From: a virus
Reading direction: 5' to 3' (one strand)
IMG/VR virus record: IMGVR_UViG_3300036398_001591
Location: 1-64,000 of that record
DNA: 64,000 bases
The stretch's first letter is position 1. The number at the start of each line of letters is the position of its first letter. Shown piece by piece: positions 23,313 through 33,041 of this stretch. Made by a program: the position numbers and the translations under genes. A model generated the notes under the pieces. That model searched no databases. It was not told the origin of the DNA and saw only the letters and a program-made list of their open reading frames with translations.

Positions 23313-23758
23313 AGTGCCTCCAATACTTGTTTATACGCATTTGCGTGGCGTTCTTCAACTTTCTTCAATGCAGTGAAACGCTTTTCAGCTTTTTCTAAAA
23401 TTGCTTTGAATGCTTGTGCATGTTCGTTAGATTCACGACCCTGTTCGTTGAATTCTTTTACAGCTTCAATGTTTTGTTCAGCTTTAGCAATTCGTTCAAA
23501 CTGTGGATACATTTCCGTAAACTCATAGGTCTCACCTTCGATAGCAAGTTCTAAGCATTCTTTAGTAGTTGGTTTACCAACCAACAATTCTAAATGACCC
23601 CATGCGTGTTTAATTTCTTGGTCGGCGGTGTGTTCAAAGTGTTTAGCAACTTCCTCAAAACCTTCTTCACGTGCCAACTTTGCAAAATAGCGATACTTGA
23701 TATGTGCCATAGACTCACCAGCCAATGCACTCTCAAGATTTTTTAAAGTAATAGACAT
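23309..23758 (-). CDS. Rubrerythrin
   Basis: NLESALAGES, EIKHA, EGETYE, ESNEHA; true start MSITLK. Confidence 0.92.
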   Translation of the reverse strand: MSITLKNLESALAGESMAHIKYRYFAKLAREEGFEEVAKHFEHTADQEIKHAWGHLELLVGKPTTKECLELAIEGETYEFTEMYPQFERIAKAEQNIEAVKEFNEQGRESNEHAQAFKAILEKAEKRFTALKKVEERHANAYKQVLEAL

Positions 23759-23772
23759 TTTTTTCCTTATTT

Positions 23773-23847
23773 TGGTCCGGCGTACAGGAATCGAACCCAT
23801 ATTCGGGGCTTAGAAGACCCCTGTATTATCCATTATACGAACGCCGG
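23773..23847 (-). tRNA. tRNA-Arg (TCT)
   Basis: Loop CT-TCT-AA, CCA. Confidence 0.92.
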
Positions 23848-23852
23848 GAGTT

Positions 23853-24137
23853 TTATTTAGTATAATCAATCGTATGAATGAGTTTATCCACGTCCATCCA
23901 ATGAGAACAGAGTTCAGACTTATCATCTTTCAAACGATTAATCATTTCGGTGACACCTTCACGGGTAGTCTCACGCCCCTCGATGATTTGCTCACCGAGA
24001 AACTTTTGAGTTACTTCATCGAATTCACGACTGTGTTCAGTCATCACTAATTCGTCATATGCATGTTCAAGGCTTTCGGCCTCAATTACATACTTATTAC
24101 GAAAAGTGCTTAGTACATCTATTTCAAATAATGGCAT
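23853..24137 (-). CDS. Hypothetical protein
   Basis: Start MPLFEID with GAGG RBS. Confidence 0.65.
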   Translation of the reverse strand: MPLFEIDVLSTFRNKYVIEAESLEHAYDELVMTEHSREFDEVTQKFLGEQIIEGRETTREGVTEMINRLKDDKSELCSHWMDVDKLIHTIDYTK

Positions 24138-24138
24138 A

Positions 24139-25041
24139 TTAAACCTCAATAAATTGGAGTTGGAAATTATCAGCTTGTGCTTCGTAGTTGACATAACCAC
24201 GTGGATTAGCAACAATACGTGTCGAGCCAATCATATAATCAAAATTATGGTGAGTGTGACCATGGGTCCACAGTTTGATTTGTGGATGATCCAAAATGAA
24301 TTCAGACAAGTCTGAACTGTAAGCACCGTTTACCATAACATCATTTTCATATTGCGGCTTTGTAGATAACTTGGATGGAGCATGATGGCCAACAACAATC
24401 CAATTTTTGTCGGAATGTGAACCGATTGCTTCTCCCAATGCAACCAAAGTAGCCTTATGTTCTCTCACAGATTTTTCTGGAGAAAATTTTCCTGTGCGAG
24501 TATGAAACTCTTGACTGACAATGTTATCGTAGTCTGTACTTCCATCTTCTTTGGTACCATATACTGGAGATTTAAAATGAACTAACTCATTACTATCTTC
24601 AATGATGCGATAATCATTCATGTAACCTTTAATACCATACAAGGTATTTGGATCTTCTTTGTTCATGTCTGTCCATAATGAAGCACCAAAGATCATCATA
24701 CCATTGATATCAACGAATTCTTTTTCTAGAATATGAAGATTGACCAGATAACCAAGGTTAGTACGGAGATTTGTAAGAGACTTAGCAAAATCACCGTGAT
24801 AATGTTCATGGTTTCCGAGAATGTAAATGACATGAGGAAATCTTGCAGAGCATTCTTGGAAGAATGTATGAATTTTATTAGACTTATCATTCTCACCTCG
24901 GAGGTTATAAGAATCACGGGCAAAGACTTCCTTGGCAATACAAATGTCACCAGAAAGAATCAACACCTCGGCGTTTTCGGTGTTCTCTAAGGAGATCGTA
25001 CCGAATTCCAGGTGAACATCAGAACATAGAGCAACTTTCAT
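24139..25041 (-). CDS. Calcineurin-like metallophosphoesterase
   Basis: SDVH, GD, GNHE, HH, HGHTH. Confidence 0.92.
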   Translation of the reverse strand: MKVALCSDVHLEFGTISLENTENAEVLILSGDICIAKEVFARDSYNLRGENDKSNKIHTFFQECSARFPHVIYILGNHEHYHGDFAKSLTNLRTNLGYLVNLHILEKEFVDINGMMIFGASLWTDMNKEDPNTLYGIKGYMNDYRIIEDSNELVHFKSPVYGTKEDGSTDYDNIVSQEFHTRTGKFSPEKSVREHKATLVALGEAIGSHSDKNWIVVGHHAPSKLSTKPQYENDVMVNGAYSSDLSEFILDHPQIKLWTHGHTHHNFDYMIGSTRIVANPRGYVNYEAQADNFQLQFIEV

Positions 25042-25153
25042 TTTAATCTTTCTTCGTCTTAATACTTAACATACAACCAAGCGCCAACAAAAACCACCAA
25101 GGCGACCAATCATAAAATTGAACCAAACAAGCGGTACCAGAAAGTACAGCCAA

Positions 25154-25182
25154 ATTATAACACAAAACCATTGCAATGTCAA
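25154..25182 (-). promoter_or_regulatory. Consensus sigma70 promoter
   Basis: TTGACA, 17 bp, TATAAT. Confidence 0.75.
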
Positions 25183-25197
25183 GCGAATTTTTATTCA

Positions 25198-25392
25198 TTA
25201 TGCTTTGACCTTTTCCAAGGAATCTTTCCGCATATAGTGAATAGTTTGTGTGTTTGATTGTGAGGGTGGTTGTTTTACAACCGGCAAGAATTCAACACCA
25301 TCTATTTCTTTAGATGGCCAATGAGAATATGTATAATATACTTCTGTTTGAGAAATTCTATTACGCATTTTAATTGGGTTATACATTTTCAT
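25198..25392 (-). CDS. Hypothetical protein
   Basis: 64 aa ORF, IDGVEFLPV. Confidence 0.6.
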   Translation of the reverse strand: MKMYNPIKMRNRISQTEVYYTYSHWPSKEIDGVEFLPVVKQPPSQSNTQTIHYMRKDSLEKVKA

Positions 25393-25514
25393 AATCTAAT
25401 CAGCATAATCAAAAAACAAACGGCAAGGATTCCAAAAGTAAATGTCCGACCCAATAGTGCGCCTAGGAATGCACCTAAAACAAAAAGACTATATGAGGAT
25501 AAGAAGATTTCCAT
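25389..25514 (-). CDS. Small hydrophobic membrane protein
   Basis: MEIFLSSYSLFVLGAFLGALLGRTFTFGILAVCFLIMLIRL; ATGA overlap with the next gene. Confidence 0.5.
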   Translation of the reverse strand: MEIFLSSYSLFVLGAFLGALLGRTFTFGILAVCFLIMLIRL

Positions 25515-25556
25515 GTTAGAATCCAAGTTACTTACAAGGATTCTAACAAACTCACG

Positions 25557-26027
25557 TTACTTTGTCAAGACTTCTGTTGTATTTTTGCTACAACCAATCT
25601 CAATTTTACGTGGTTTCTTTTCTTCTGGAATGATGTTTACCAGATTGATGACCAATAAACCGTCAACGATATCAGCATCCTTAACAACAACGGTGTCGGA
25701 TAGTACAAACTTATGGGAAAAATCTCTTGTACCGATACCACGGTGTAGATACTTATCAGAGGTTCTTGTGGTCTTGATTGCTCCATTCACATAAAGTTTT
25801 CCACCTTCCGAAGTGATTTCGATTTCATCACGCTTGAAGCCAGAAACGGCAATTTCAATCGTGTAATGCTCATCATCTTCTTTAAGAATGTTGTACGGTG
25901 GATAGCTTTGAACCTTAGCACCTTGACCGAGAAGATTGTCGAATTCCTCGAAAGTGCTTAGTAGTCGGTCGAAACCAACGGTAGAAGGAAGCAAAGATTT
26001 GCCGTATGGCAATGATAGATGTGTCAT
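25557..26027 (-). CDS. Small heat shock protein Hsp20 (IbpA-like)
   Basis: VGFDRL, YPPYNI, YLHRGIGTRDF, DGLL, IPEEKKPRKIEI. Confidence 0.95.
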   Translation of the reverse strand: MTHLSLPYGKSLLPSTVGFDRLLSTFEEFDNLLGQGAKVQSYPPYNILKEDDEHYTIEIAVSGFKRDEIEITSEGGKLYVNGAIKTTRTSDKYLHRGIGTRDFSHKFVLSDTVVVKDADIVDGLLVINLVNIIPEEKKPRKIEIGCSKNTTEVLTK

Positions 26028-26176
26028 AGTTTTCTCCTAAAAGCGAGTTAATTAAAATTACTACCCCGAAGGCATAGTAGTCCTGCTTACTTAATACAGG
26101 GTCAACTAACGGGTGACAGTGCAATTGCCCGGACGCCTTTTACCGTAGCATCAAACAGCCCTAAGGTGGGCTCTTT

Positions 26177-26590
26177 TTATTTATCCAAGGATTGTGGTTT
26201 TTTGCTACCAATGTTATACTTTGGTACAAGTTGCCAATCGTTCTTCTCTTTGTGAGACAGAATCTTAATCTGAGATAAAGAGACTGTTGGCTCCACAGTC
26301 TGGTCTTTTTTGACAATCTTAATGAGTTCCCAATCTTCTAATAGGTTGGCTACCGTATTTCTCCGAGCAATATCGTTCTCGGTCAAATCCGTTGGTTTAC
26401 CATCCAAAGAAAAAAGTTCTTTAAAATGCACGATGTAATACTTACCTTGCTTATGTAGAATGTGGCAAGATTGGTAAAGTATTTTTTCTTTTTTGGATGC
26501 AACACCAATGCGTGTAAGAGTTTCACGTACTTTTAAAAAGTCGTCTTTTTCACCTAGTGTCACCTCCACCATATCTTCTATTTTAATCAT
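26177..26590 (-). CDS. regA: Translational repressor RegA
   Basis: DFLKVRETLTRIG, LYQSCHILHKQG, YIVHFKELF. Confidence 0.97.
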   Translation of the reverse strand: MIKIEDMVEVTLGEKDDFLKVRETLTRIGVASKKEKILYQSCHILHKQGKYYIVHFKELFSLDGKPTDLTENDIARRNTVANLLEDWELIKIVKKDQTVEPTVSLSQIKILSHKEKNDWQLVPKYNIGSKKPQSLDK

Positions 26591-26973
26591 TATTTCTTCA
26601 CTCCGCCTTTATCTAGTTTTTCTTTTATCAAAGCGATTTGTTCATCCGATAGAATACGTAATGCTTCTTTGGCCTTTTCGTTGGAATAACCAAAGTATTC
26701 TTTAACACACTCTAAATCCTTAACCGCTGCCTGTTTTTGCCAGGCGTGAAACTTGCGTTTCATAGGTCTAATTGTATTTAGAAGATATTGGAATTGTAAA
26801 GTTTCTGGTAGATGATGATTCATATTCAACTCATTTACATATAAAATGCAATCGAGTTGATATGAGAGTGAACGATTAATAAGAAAGGGTTTATATGATT
26901 TGAAATCTAATTCTTCATCAGAAAACTTATTTCTTTTGTTTAGAATTACTTCAACAAAATCAAATGGACTCAT
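26590..26973 (-). CDS. 62: Clamp loader small subunit (gp62)
   Basis: PFLINRSLS, VKEYFGYSNEKAKEAL. Confidence 0.93.
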   Translation of the reverse strand: MSPFDFVEVILNKRNKFSDEELDFKSYKPFLINRSLSYQLDCILYVNELNMNHHLPETLQFQYLLNTIRPMKRKFHAWQKQAAVKDLECVKEYFGYSNEKAKEALRILSDEQIALIKEKLDKGGVKK

Positions 26974-26980
26974 ATCATTC

Positions 26981-27919
26981 TCACTTAAAAGAACAATCAG
27001 CCATCAATTCTGTTAAGAATGCCATCAGATTAATCTCTTGGTCTGCAACAAATGCAGACTGATACTGATATTTTGCAAGATGTAAAACTGCTTGAGGAAT
27101 ACTATCTGGTGTCATAACATCATAGAGAGACTCATAAATCTTCCTGAAAATGGAAGCAGAATCAGAATCAATGTTATTGATAACCCACTTTCGAGCCAGA
27201 CCAAAGTCTTTCTCTTTTACAGCTTTAATCAAATCTGAAATTTGTAGGTCGGACACAGACGCAAGAATGCCCTTGTCAATCGTACCTCCAACAGAATAAC
27301 GCTGTAGTTCATTGAGAACACGGCGGTTATCTGGAAAGTGTTTTGTAATGACTGAGGCAACAACTTGCTTATCATATACAATGTTCTCTTGTTCAAGAAT
27401 CCATTCCACACGTTTGAAGAACTGTGCGGCCATCTTTGCTTTTTGACCATTCTGAATCTTAAATTCAACCACAGAACAACGAGAGTGCAGTGGATCAATG
27501 ATACGATTCTTGAAGTTACAAGTAAAGATGAAAGAACAGTTAATTGCGAATTCTTCCATAGCACCACGAAGTGCAGGCTGTGTGGAATTGGGATTTAGGT
27601 AATCTGCTTCATCGATAATGATGACCTTGCGGCCACCAGAAAGACTCATTGATGAGGCATAATTTTTGATTTTGTTACGGAATGTGTCAATGCCGCTTTC
27701 GTCCGACCCGTTGATGACGATGTAATCACACCCGACTTCTTCACATAGTGCTTTTGCGATTGTAGTTTTGCCAACCCCTGCGGATCCAGCAAGTAACAAA
27801 TTTGGGATTTCTTTTCTGTTGACATATTCCTGAAACGTAGATTTAATAGAATCCGGAAGAATACAGTCCTCGATTTTATGAGGACGATACTTTTCCACCC
27901 ATAACATTTGTTCGCTCAT
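26981..27919 (-). CDS. 44: Clamp loader large subunit (gp44)
   Basis: WVEKYRP, GSAGVGKT, IIDEAD, SRC. Confidence 0.97.
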   Translation of the reverse strand: MSEQMLWVEKYRPHKIEDCILPDSIKSTFQEYVNRKEIPNLLLAGSAGVGKTTIAKALCEEVGCDYIVINGSDESGIDTFRNKIKNYASSMSLSGGRKVIIIDEADYLNPNSTQPALRGAMEEFAINCSFIFTCNFKNRIIDPLHSRCSVVEFKIQNGQKAKMAAQFFKRVEWILEQENIVYDKQVVASVITKHFPDNRRVLNELQRYSVGGTIDKGILASVSDLQISDLIKAVKEKDFGLARKWVINNIDSDSASIFRKIYESLYDVMTPDSIPQAVLHLAKYQYQSAFVADQEINLMAFLTELMADCSFK

Positions 27920-27942
27920 TCAAATTCTCCATAATATAATAA

Positions 27943-28203
27943 TTAAAAGGGAGAGCCATCATGCCACTCCCAACCTAAACATAGTTTCATCATTGTTCTA
28001 TGAAACCAGTTTGGTTTTTTCTCCAAAGAAACACTGAGACCACCGTTTCCGCCGATTCGATAAGAGCCTTCATATTTTGGCACTATGGTGAAACTGTATG
28101 GATCATTCACGTGAATGTTTGTGTATGTCCAAGAATTTGCGAATGTCCAAGAATTTTCAAGTGTAGATTCGGATATTTCTATGGTCGAGTTTGCTTCAAT
28201 CAT
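27943..28203 (-). CDS. Hypothetical protein
   Basis: 86 aa, KKPNWFHR...LGWEW; coupled to upstream gene. Confidence 0.6.
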   Translation of the reverse strand: MIEANSTIEISESTLENSWTFANSWTYTNIHVNDPYSFTIVPKYEGSYRIGGNGGLSVSLEKKPNWFHRTMMKLCLGWEWHDGSPF

Positions 28204-28475
28204 TTTGTTTCAGTCATTCCAATATAAAGTGCTTCAAACTCATTATCTTCAGTAACTTCTTCTTGGAAAGATTGTTTGTGATGCGTCTTTGCCATACGGC
28301 GAAGAACCTTTTTTGGAATTTTAAAGTTATCATAGAGTGCATCGATAACGTCTTTGATAGCTTCTTTGTGTGAATCAATTACCGACATTTCATTTGAAAT
28401 TTCAGAAAGAGCATCACGAATAGATTTTAGTTGGTTCTCATCAAAAGAACCATAGAGGGTAGTCACCGCAGTCAT
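28200..28475 (-). CDS. T4 DsbA-like dsDNA-binding protein
   Basis: IPKKVLRRMAKTHHKQSFQEE...FEALY. Confidence 0.7.
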   Translation of the reverse strand: MTAVTTLYGSFDENQLKSIRDALSEISNEMSVIDSHKEAIKDVIDALYDNFKIPKKVLRRMAKTHHKQSFQEEVTEDNEFEALYIGMTETK

Positions 28476-28477
28476 AA

Positions 28478-29161
28478 TTATTCTCCGTACTTAGAACCAG
28501 TTTCAGTAGTCACCCAATATTCAACAGGAACAGTTGTGTTCTTGAAATGACCGATACCTTTAGAAGCAATAGTAACTTCATATGCACCATGAACAAAACG
28601 CAGGTTTTCAGTAGCAAAGACCATACGATACTTTGTGCCGTTACCTGCCACATTTAGTGTTGTTGAGTTGACATGTGATGCATCATCTTTTGCATCAAAA
28701 GTTTCGATTGTGCAGGTTTCACCATTAGAAACAAAAGCAATGTTAGGAGAACCAAGTGCTGATGCAACTTTAGAAATCCATTCTAGGTCTTGTGCATCAA
28801 GTGAGAATTTAATCTCTGCATTTTCCATAGAGATAGTCTTATCAGGCGGAACAAGAATAGTTTCTTTAGCCGCTTTGCGGTACTTGGTGCTAGAACGACC
28901 ACCAAGGCCTTTGATGACAATGTTCTTTTCTTCAACTTCAATTTCAGGTTGTGCATCACGTGCTAGTGTGAGAGTGCCCAAGAAATTGTTGAGGTCGTGA
29001 ATGCCAAATTCCGATTCGAACGTGTCGGTCAATTCTGCTCTCGCAAGAATGTTTTTTTGTTTAGAGATGGTTTCAATAACATTACCCGGCTTAACATAGA
29101 TACCCTCATTAATCGTGGCAAAGTTTTTAAAAATACTCATTGTATTTGTGGAAAGTTTCAT
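28478..29161 (-). CDS. 45: Sliding clamp (gp45)
   Basis: MKLS..T..IFKNFATIN, FGIHDLNNFL; synteny. Confidence 0.95.
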   Translation of the reverse strand: MKLSTNTMSIFKNFATINEGIYVKPGNVIETISKQKNILARAELTDTFESEFGIHDLNNFLGTLTLARDAQPEIEVEEKNIVIKGLGGRSSTKYRKAAKETILVPPDKTISMENAEIKFSLDAQDLEWISKVASALGSPNIAFVSNGETCTIETFDAKDDASHVNSTTLNVAGNGTKYRMVFATENLRFVHGAYEVTIASKGIGHFKNTTVPVEYWVTTETGSKYGE

Positions 29162-29172
29162 AACAATACTCC

Positions 29173-29823
29173 TTAAGTAGGTTCACGAATTATATCAGTT
29201 CCGAAGGAACTAATCAAGCAATTCTTCAATTTTTTCTTTAAGTCTTCCAGACTTCCATCGTTGTCGATGGTGTGGTCAATATCACCACCAACCCATCTCC
29301 ATTCCGATTCATGTACACCAGATTGGTTAATCATAAATGCTTCAGCTTTGTGGTCATCACGATTTGCTTTTGCCGCAATTTCATACCAATGTGGTGTGAT
29401 GCCACGTTTAATTTCAATTAATGTGCCACCGTGTTTGTTGATAAAAGAAATTTCATTCTGAAATCTAACATCAGTGATAACAAAATTTTGTTCGGGTGCG
29501 TTGTCAATGTAGTTTTTCAACTTAATCACCCAAAAATCTTTATGAAATACATCACGACCAACTTCTGTACCCATTAATTGTAAAGCATAACGGGGGGTGA
29601 ATTCTTTTCCGAATTCGTATGACCAGAAATCGTCCGGCTTTTCTCGCCATTCACGGGAATGTTGTGTATCACCTTCCAATAAATGACGAGGCCAACCAAA
29701 CATTTCTGCTGTAACATCCTTAACTCCTTTTGCAAAGGATACAGGTGTGAAACCCATATCTTTAAGGATGTCACCTGCCGTACCTTTACCTGAACCAATA
29801 AATCCAAGTAAACCTACGATCAT
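29173..29823 (-). CDS. Deoxynucleoside monophosphate kinase (gp1-like)
   Basis: GFIGSGKGT, TPRYALQLMGTE, ITDVRFQNE, HESE. Confidence 0.92.
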   Translation of the reverse strand: MIVGLLGFIGSGKGTAGDILKDMGFTPVSFAKGVKDVTAEMFGWPRHLLEGDTQHSREWREKPDDFWSYEFGKEFTPRYALQLMGTEVGRDVFHKDFWVIKLKNYIDNAPEQNFVITDVRFQNEISFINKHGGTLIEIKRGITPHWYEIAAKANRDDHKAEAFMINQSGVHESEWRWVGGDIDHTIDNDGSLEDLKKKLKNCLISSFGTDIIREPT

Positions 29824-30620
29824 TACATTTCTCCGACAAAGTTCGCAACGGCAGGCATGTCACCTTGAAAATGGTAAGTACCAATGTGTTGTGTACGCAT
29901 CCATGGGCATAGCCAGATTTGACCACCCATATTACGCCACCATTGGCAGAACATGTAATCTTCGGAGAGATAACGCTCCGACTTTGGATCAATCACGGTA
30001 TCAAAGTATGCATGAATGTAGCGTGAACCATCAAAGTGTGCTTGACCAACGTGGTCTGGCTTGTACTTGAGATGTGGATATTGTTCTGCAAATTTAGGGA
30101 ACACTTCACGCTTAATCATCATAAAACCGGTACCGATTTCCATGACTTCAAGTGGTTCAGACACAGAGAATTGTGCGGTACCCTTAACTGGGTTGAAAAC
30201 ATAATCACCAGTAACTTTTTCGAGGACATGTGGTTCAATGTCGGGATGCATTTGAACTGCCTTCTTGACGTTACCCCATTTGATAGCCTTCTTAGGATAA
30301 GGACCACCAATAACATCTTTATCTAGTGCCAACAATGCAATCACATCTTGTGGATTGAAGTTGATATCAGAATCGATAAACAACATATGTGTACAATCAG
30401 AACGATTTAGGAATTCATCCACCAAATAGTTCCTTGCACGTGTAATCAAAGACTCATTGAACAAGAATGAGAACTTGACTTCGATACCATATTGAATACA
30501 CATACCTTGTAGATCAAGACATGCCTTCATATAGAGTCCATGGTTTTGCCCACCATACATCGGTGTGGCTACAAACAACTTATGTTTTCTAAGTTCGTCT
30601 GTTTTAATTTGAATTTCCAT
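29823..30620 (-). CDS. GT-A fold glycosyltransferase-like protein
   Basis: ATPMYGG, ESLITRARN, FIDSD, GTGFM, LSEDY. Confidence 0.75.
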   Translation of the reverse strand: MEIQIKTDELRKHKLFVATPMYGGQNHGLYMKACLDLQGMCIQYGIEVKFSFLFNESLITRARNYLVDEFLNRSDCTHMLFIDSDINFNPQDVIALLALDKDVIGGPYPKKAIKWGNVKKAVQMHPDIEPHVLEKVTGDYVFNPVKGTAQFSVSEPLEVMEIGTGFMMIKREVFPKFAEQYPHLKYKPDHVGQAHFDGSRYIHAYFDTVIDPKSERYLSEDYMFCQWWRNMGGQIWLCPWMRTQHIGTYHFQGDMPAVANFVGEM

Positions 30621-30635
30621 TTGTGCTCCAAAAAT

Positions 30636-30672
30636 AAAAAAAAGGAGAGACCATTAAAAAATGGTACTCTCC
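30636..30672 (-). terminator. Intrinsic terminator
   Basis: GGAGAGUACCAU...AUGGUCUCUCC followed by a U tract. Confidence 0.65.
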
Positions 30673-30687
30673 AGTATCAAACCAAAA

Positions 30688-30960
30688 TTAAGCGGTTTGT
30701 GGACGAACGCCCATAGCACGGCATTGTGCTTTGAAAGACTTGGAAGGAGTTCCAAGACGATAGATAGCAACCTTAGAGCCATCAGCACGTGACTTAATGT
30801 TGGTGTAGATAGCATAGCCTTCGTTACGCAATTCAGCAATACGTGCGGCAACGTTAGTGATGCCAAAGCGTGAGCGAGCCTGTGCTACGCTGAATGTATT
30901 GTAACCTTCCTTCTTGGTCAAGGTTTGCAACATTTTTTCCTTAGCGGATACTTTTTTCAT
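30688..30960 (-). CDS. Winged-helix DNA-binding protein
   Basis: FGITNVAARIAELRNEGYAI...YRL. Confidence 0.75.
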   Translation of the reverse strand: MKKVSAKEKMLQTLTKKEGYNTFSVAQARSRFGITNVAARIAELRNEGYAIYTNIKSRADGSKVAIYRLGTPSKSFKAQCRAMGVRPQTA

Positions 30961-31009
30961 AATAAACTCCATTTTAAAGTTAAGAACACTGCTCATACGA
31001 GCAAATCAC

Positions 31010-31038
31010 AGTATACAATTATGTAGGATAAAAGTCAA
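31010..31038 (-). promoter_or_regulatory. Sigma70-type promoter
   Basis: TTGACT, 17 bp, TATACT. Confidence 0.65.
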
Positions 31039-31063
31039 GTGTTTTAGTGGCACACTTGAGAAT

Positions 31064-32419
31064 TTACCGTCCTACTTGCGGCAAATATTTGGATTTGGTT
31101 TCTTCCCAAGTCATGTAAACCAGGTCGTCATAGAAAAGAGTTTCATATGAAACATTGTTCTTCTTTTGCAGTTGGCGAATACGACCTTTGGCATATTTGT
31201 TCTTCCAGAGTTCCGAAAGGGCTTCTTCGGAAGTGTCGAACGACTTAATGAGTTGGTCTTCCGTGATTTCTCCACGGAGAAACTCATTGGTATTATTGTA
31301 GAGTGGTGAGAAGTAGATACCACGTTGGTGCGCTGTACGTGTCAACTCTTTTGGAATACCAAGTTTCGGGTACAAGAAGTGTAGTGAACGATTCTTGTGG
31401 TCACGTTTGAAAGGAAGACCCTTATCATTCTTGGCTTCCCACCACTCAAAGTATTTCTCTGTGTGGTTTTCTTTCAGCCAATTCCAAAGCATGTTTAGCG
31501 TAGACTTACGGGGTTCGAAAGCAACCGAACCAGATGAGAAACCCATTTTATTCCAGTGTTCAAGGCCATCGTACTGAGAAAGACCACCAGACTTAGTATT
31601 TCCATATAGAGAAGTGGTTGTAACACCGGCAAGAACATCACCGTACTTTTCTTTCCACAAACGTTGAACTGTGTCAGAGAGGCAAAGCAATGCAAGAAGT
31701 TTACCGCCCATGTAATTGAAACCGAGAGGCTGAAGTGGAACAATAGATGAACCGATTGCAGTATGATTAATCATACCACCTTGAGTTTTCTTTTCACGTT
31801 CCCAACCAATAGCGGTATCACGTGGTGTCAAATCTAGGAAATCGGAAGAAATACAAACGACACCAAGGTACTTACCAGTCACATCATCTTTGACAATGAA
31901 GTTGAGATTGCGACCAATGTTTGAGTTGTTCTTCATCGTGGAGATAAAGGTACGTGTCGTGTTCCATAATATAGGAAGGTCTTTGGTGCGCTTTTTGTCG
32001 CTTTTTATGGTCGTACCGTCAATTCCTGTCGTGATTTTGTGTCCGGAGTCATCAGTGAATTCCATAACAGGACGCAAGTTCATAAAGTCATCAGGTGATT
32101 CTGGTATCCAGATGTTGCTCTTAGCAATGTCGATGTACTTACCCTGTTCTTCGTCAACAAGAACCTTCTCATCACCCCAAAAAGTGTTGTTTGTTTTTGT
32201 GGGAAACTTTTCTTGGATTTCACACCACTTCTGAAACAAAGTATATTCTTTAACGTCCATGTTGGACGCATAGGTCAAATCTTCTGTGAGAACTTTTTTC
32301 AGTTCTTCGGTATCAACATGTTCAAATGAACTTTTTGGATTCTTTTCGGACCATTCTTCCCACTGTTTCTGCACATGTGTGGGCCACTTTTCGTTCTCAA
32401 TATCAGAATCGTTTGACAT
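31064..32419 (-). CDS. DUF4338 / Druantia DruA-like domain protein
   Basis: GRNL, LTPRD..IGW, VPLQPLGFNYMGGKLLALL, TTTSLYG, SQY. Confidence 0.7.
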   Translation of the reverse strand: MSNDSDIENEKWPTHVQKQWEEWSEKNPKSSFEHVDTEELKKVLTEDLTYASNMDVKEYTLFQKWCEIQEKFPTKTNNTFWGDEKVLVDEEQGKYIDIAKSNIWIPESPDDFMNLRPVMEFTDDSGHKITTGIDGTTIKSDKKRTKDLPILWNTTRTFISTMKNNSNIGRNLNFIVKDDVTGKYLGVVCISSDFLDLTPRDTAIGWEREKKTQGGMINHTAIGSSIVPLQPLGFNYMGGKLLALLCLSDTVQRLWKEKYGDVLAGVTTTSLYGNTKSGGLSQYDGLEHWNKMGFSSGSVAFEPRKSTLNMLWNWLKENHTEKYFEWWEAKNDKGLPFKRDHKNRSLHFLYPKLGIPKELTRTAHQRGIYFSPLYNNTNEFLRGEITEDQLIKSFDTSEEALSELWKNKYAKGRIRQLQKKNNVSYETLFYDDLVYMTWEETKSKYLPQVGR

Positions 32420-33041
32420 TAAATTTTTCTTTCACCTTGTTAATCATCATTTTTTGCATCTTGCGTCTTTGCTCGGCAAGTTTAGAACGCTTCTTCATTG
32501 CCATTTGCATAGCCAAGGGCTTCACATGCATAGTGTACACTATTCCGTTCATGTGGTCAAGTTCATGTTGGAAGCAACGTGCAGTTATTCCGGCAAACTT
32601 TGCTGTTTTGGTAGCACCGGTGAAATCTTGGTATTCAACTTCAATTACGGATGGACGTTCAATGTTTAGGAATAAATCCATATAAGAAAGGCACCCTTCT
32701 TCCATTCTGGTTGTTTCTTCTGAAACAGAAATGATTTTTGGATTAAAGAATGCAACGTATTCATCACCTGAACCCATAACAAACACACGATAGTTGTACC
32801 CACATTGGTTTGCGGAAAGACCCAAACCATTGTATTTCTTACAAGTTTCAACAAGTGAACTGGCAAATTCGGCCGGATTAACTGGTGGATTAGCAAAGTC
32901 AAACTCCGGTAGTTTGGATTTTAATTCGGGATGAGTTTCAGGTACGAGAGGAAAAATTTCAATCTTTTTGGAGATTGTAGGTAAATCTTTTTTCCAAGAA
33001 TCGGTATCAATTACTAAAACATCTTTTTTTACATCATTCAT
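32403..33041 (-). CDS. def: Peptide deformylase
   Basis: GLSANQCG, EGCLS, QHELDHMNG. Confidence 0.95.
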   Translation of the reverse strand: MNDVKKDVLVIDTDSWKKDLPTISKKIEIFPLVPETHPELKSKLPEFDFANPPVNPAEFASSLVETCKKYNGLGLSANQCGYNYRVFVMGSGDEYVAFFNPKIISVSEETTRMEEGCLSYMDLFLNIERPSVIEVEYQDFTGATKTAKFAGITARCFQHELDHMNGIVYTMHVKPLAMQMAMKKRSKLAEQRRKMQKMMINKVKEKFNVKRF

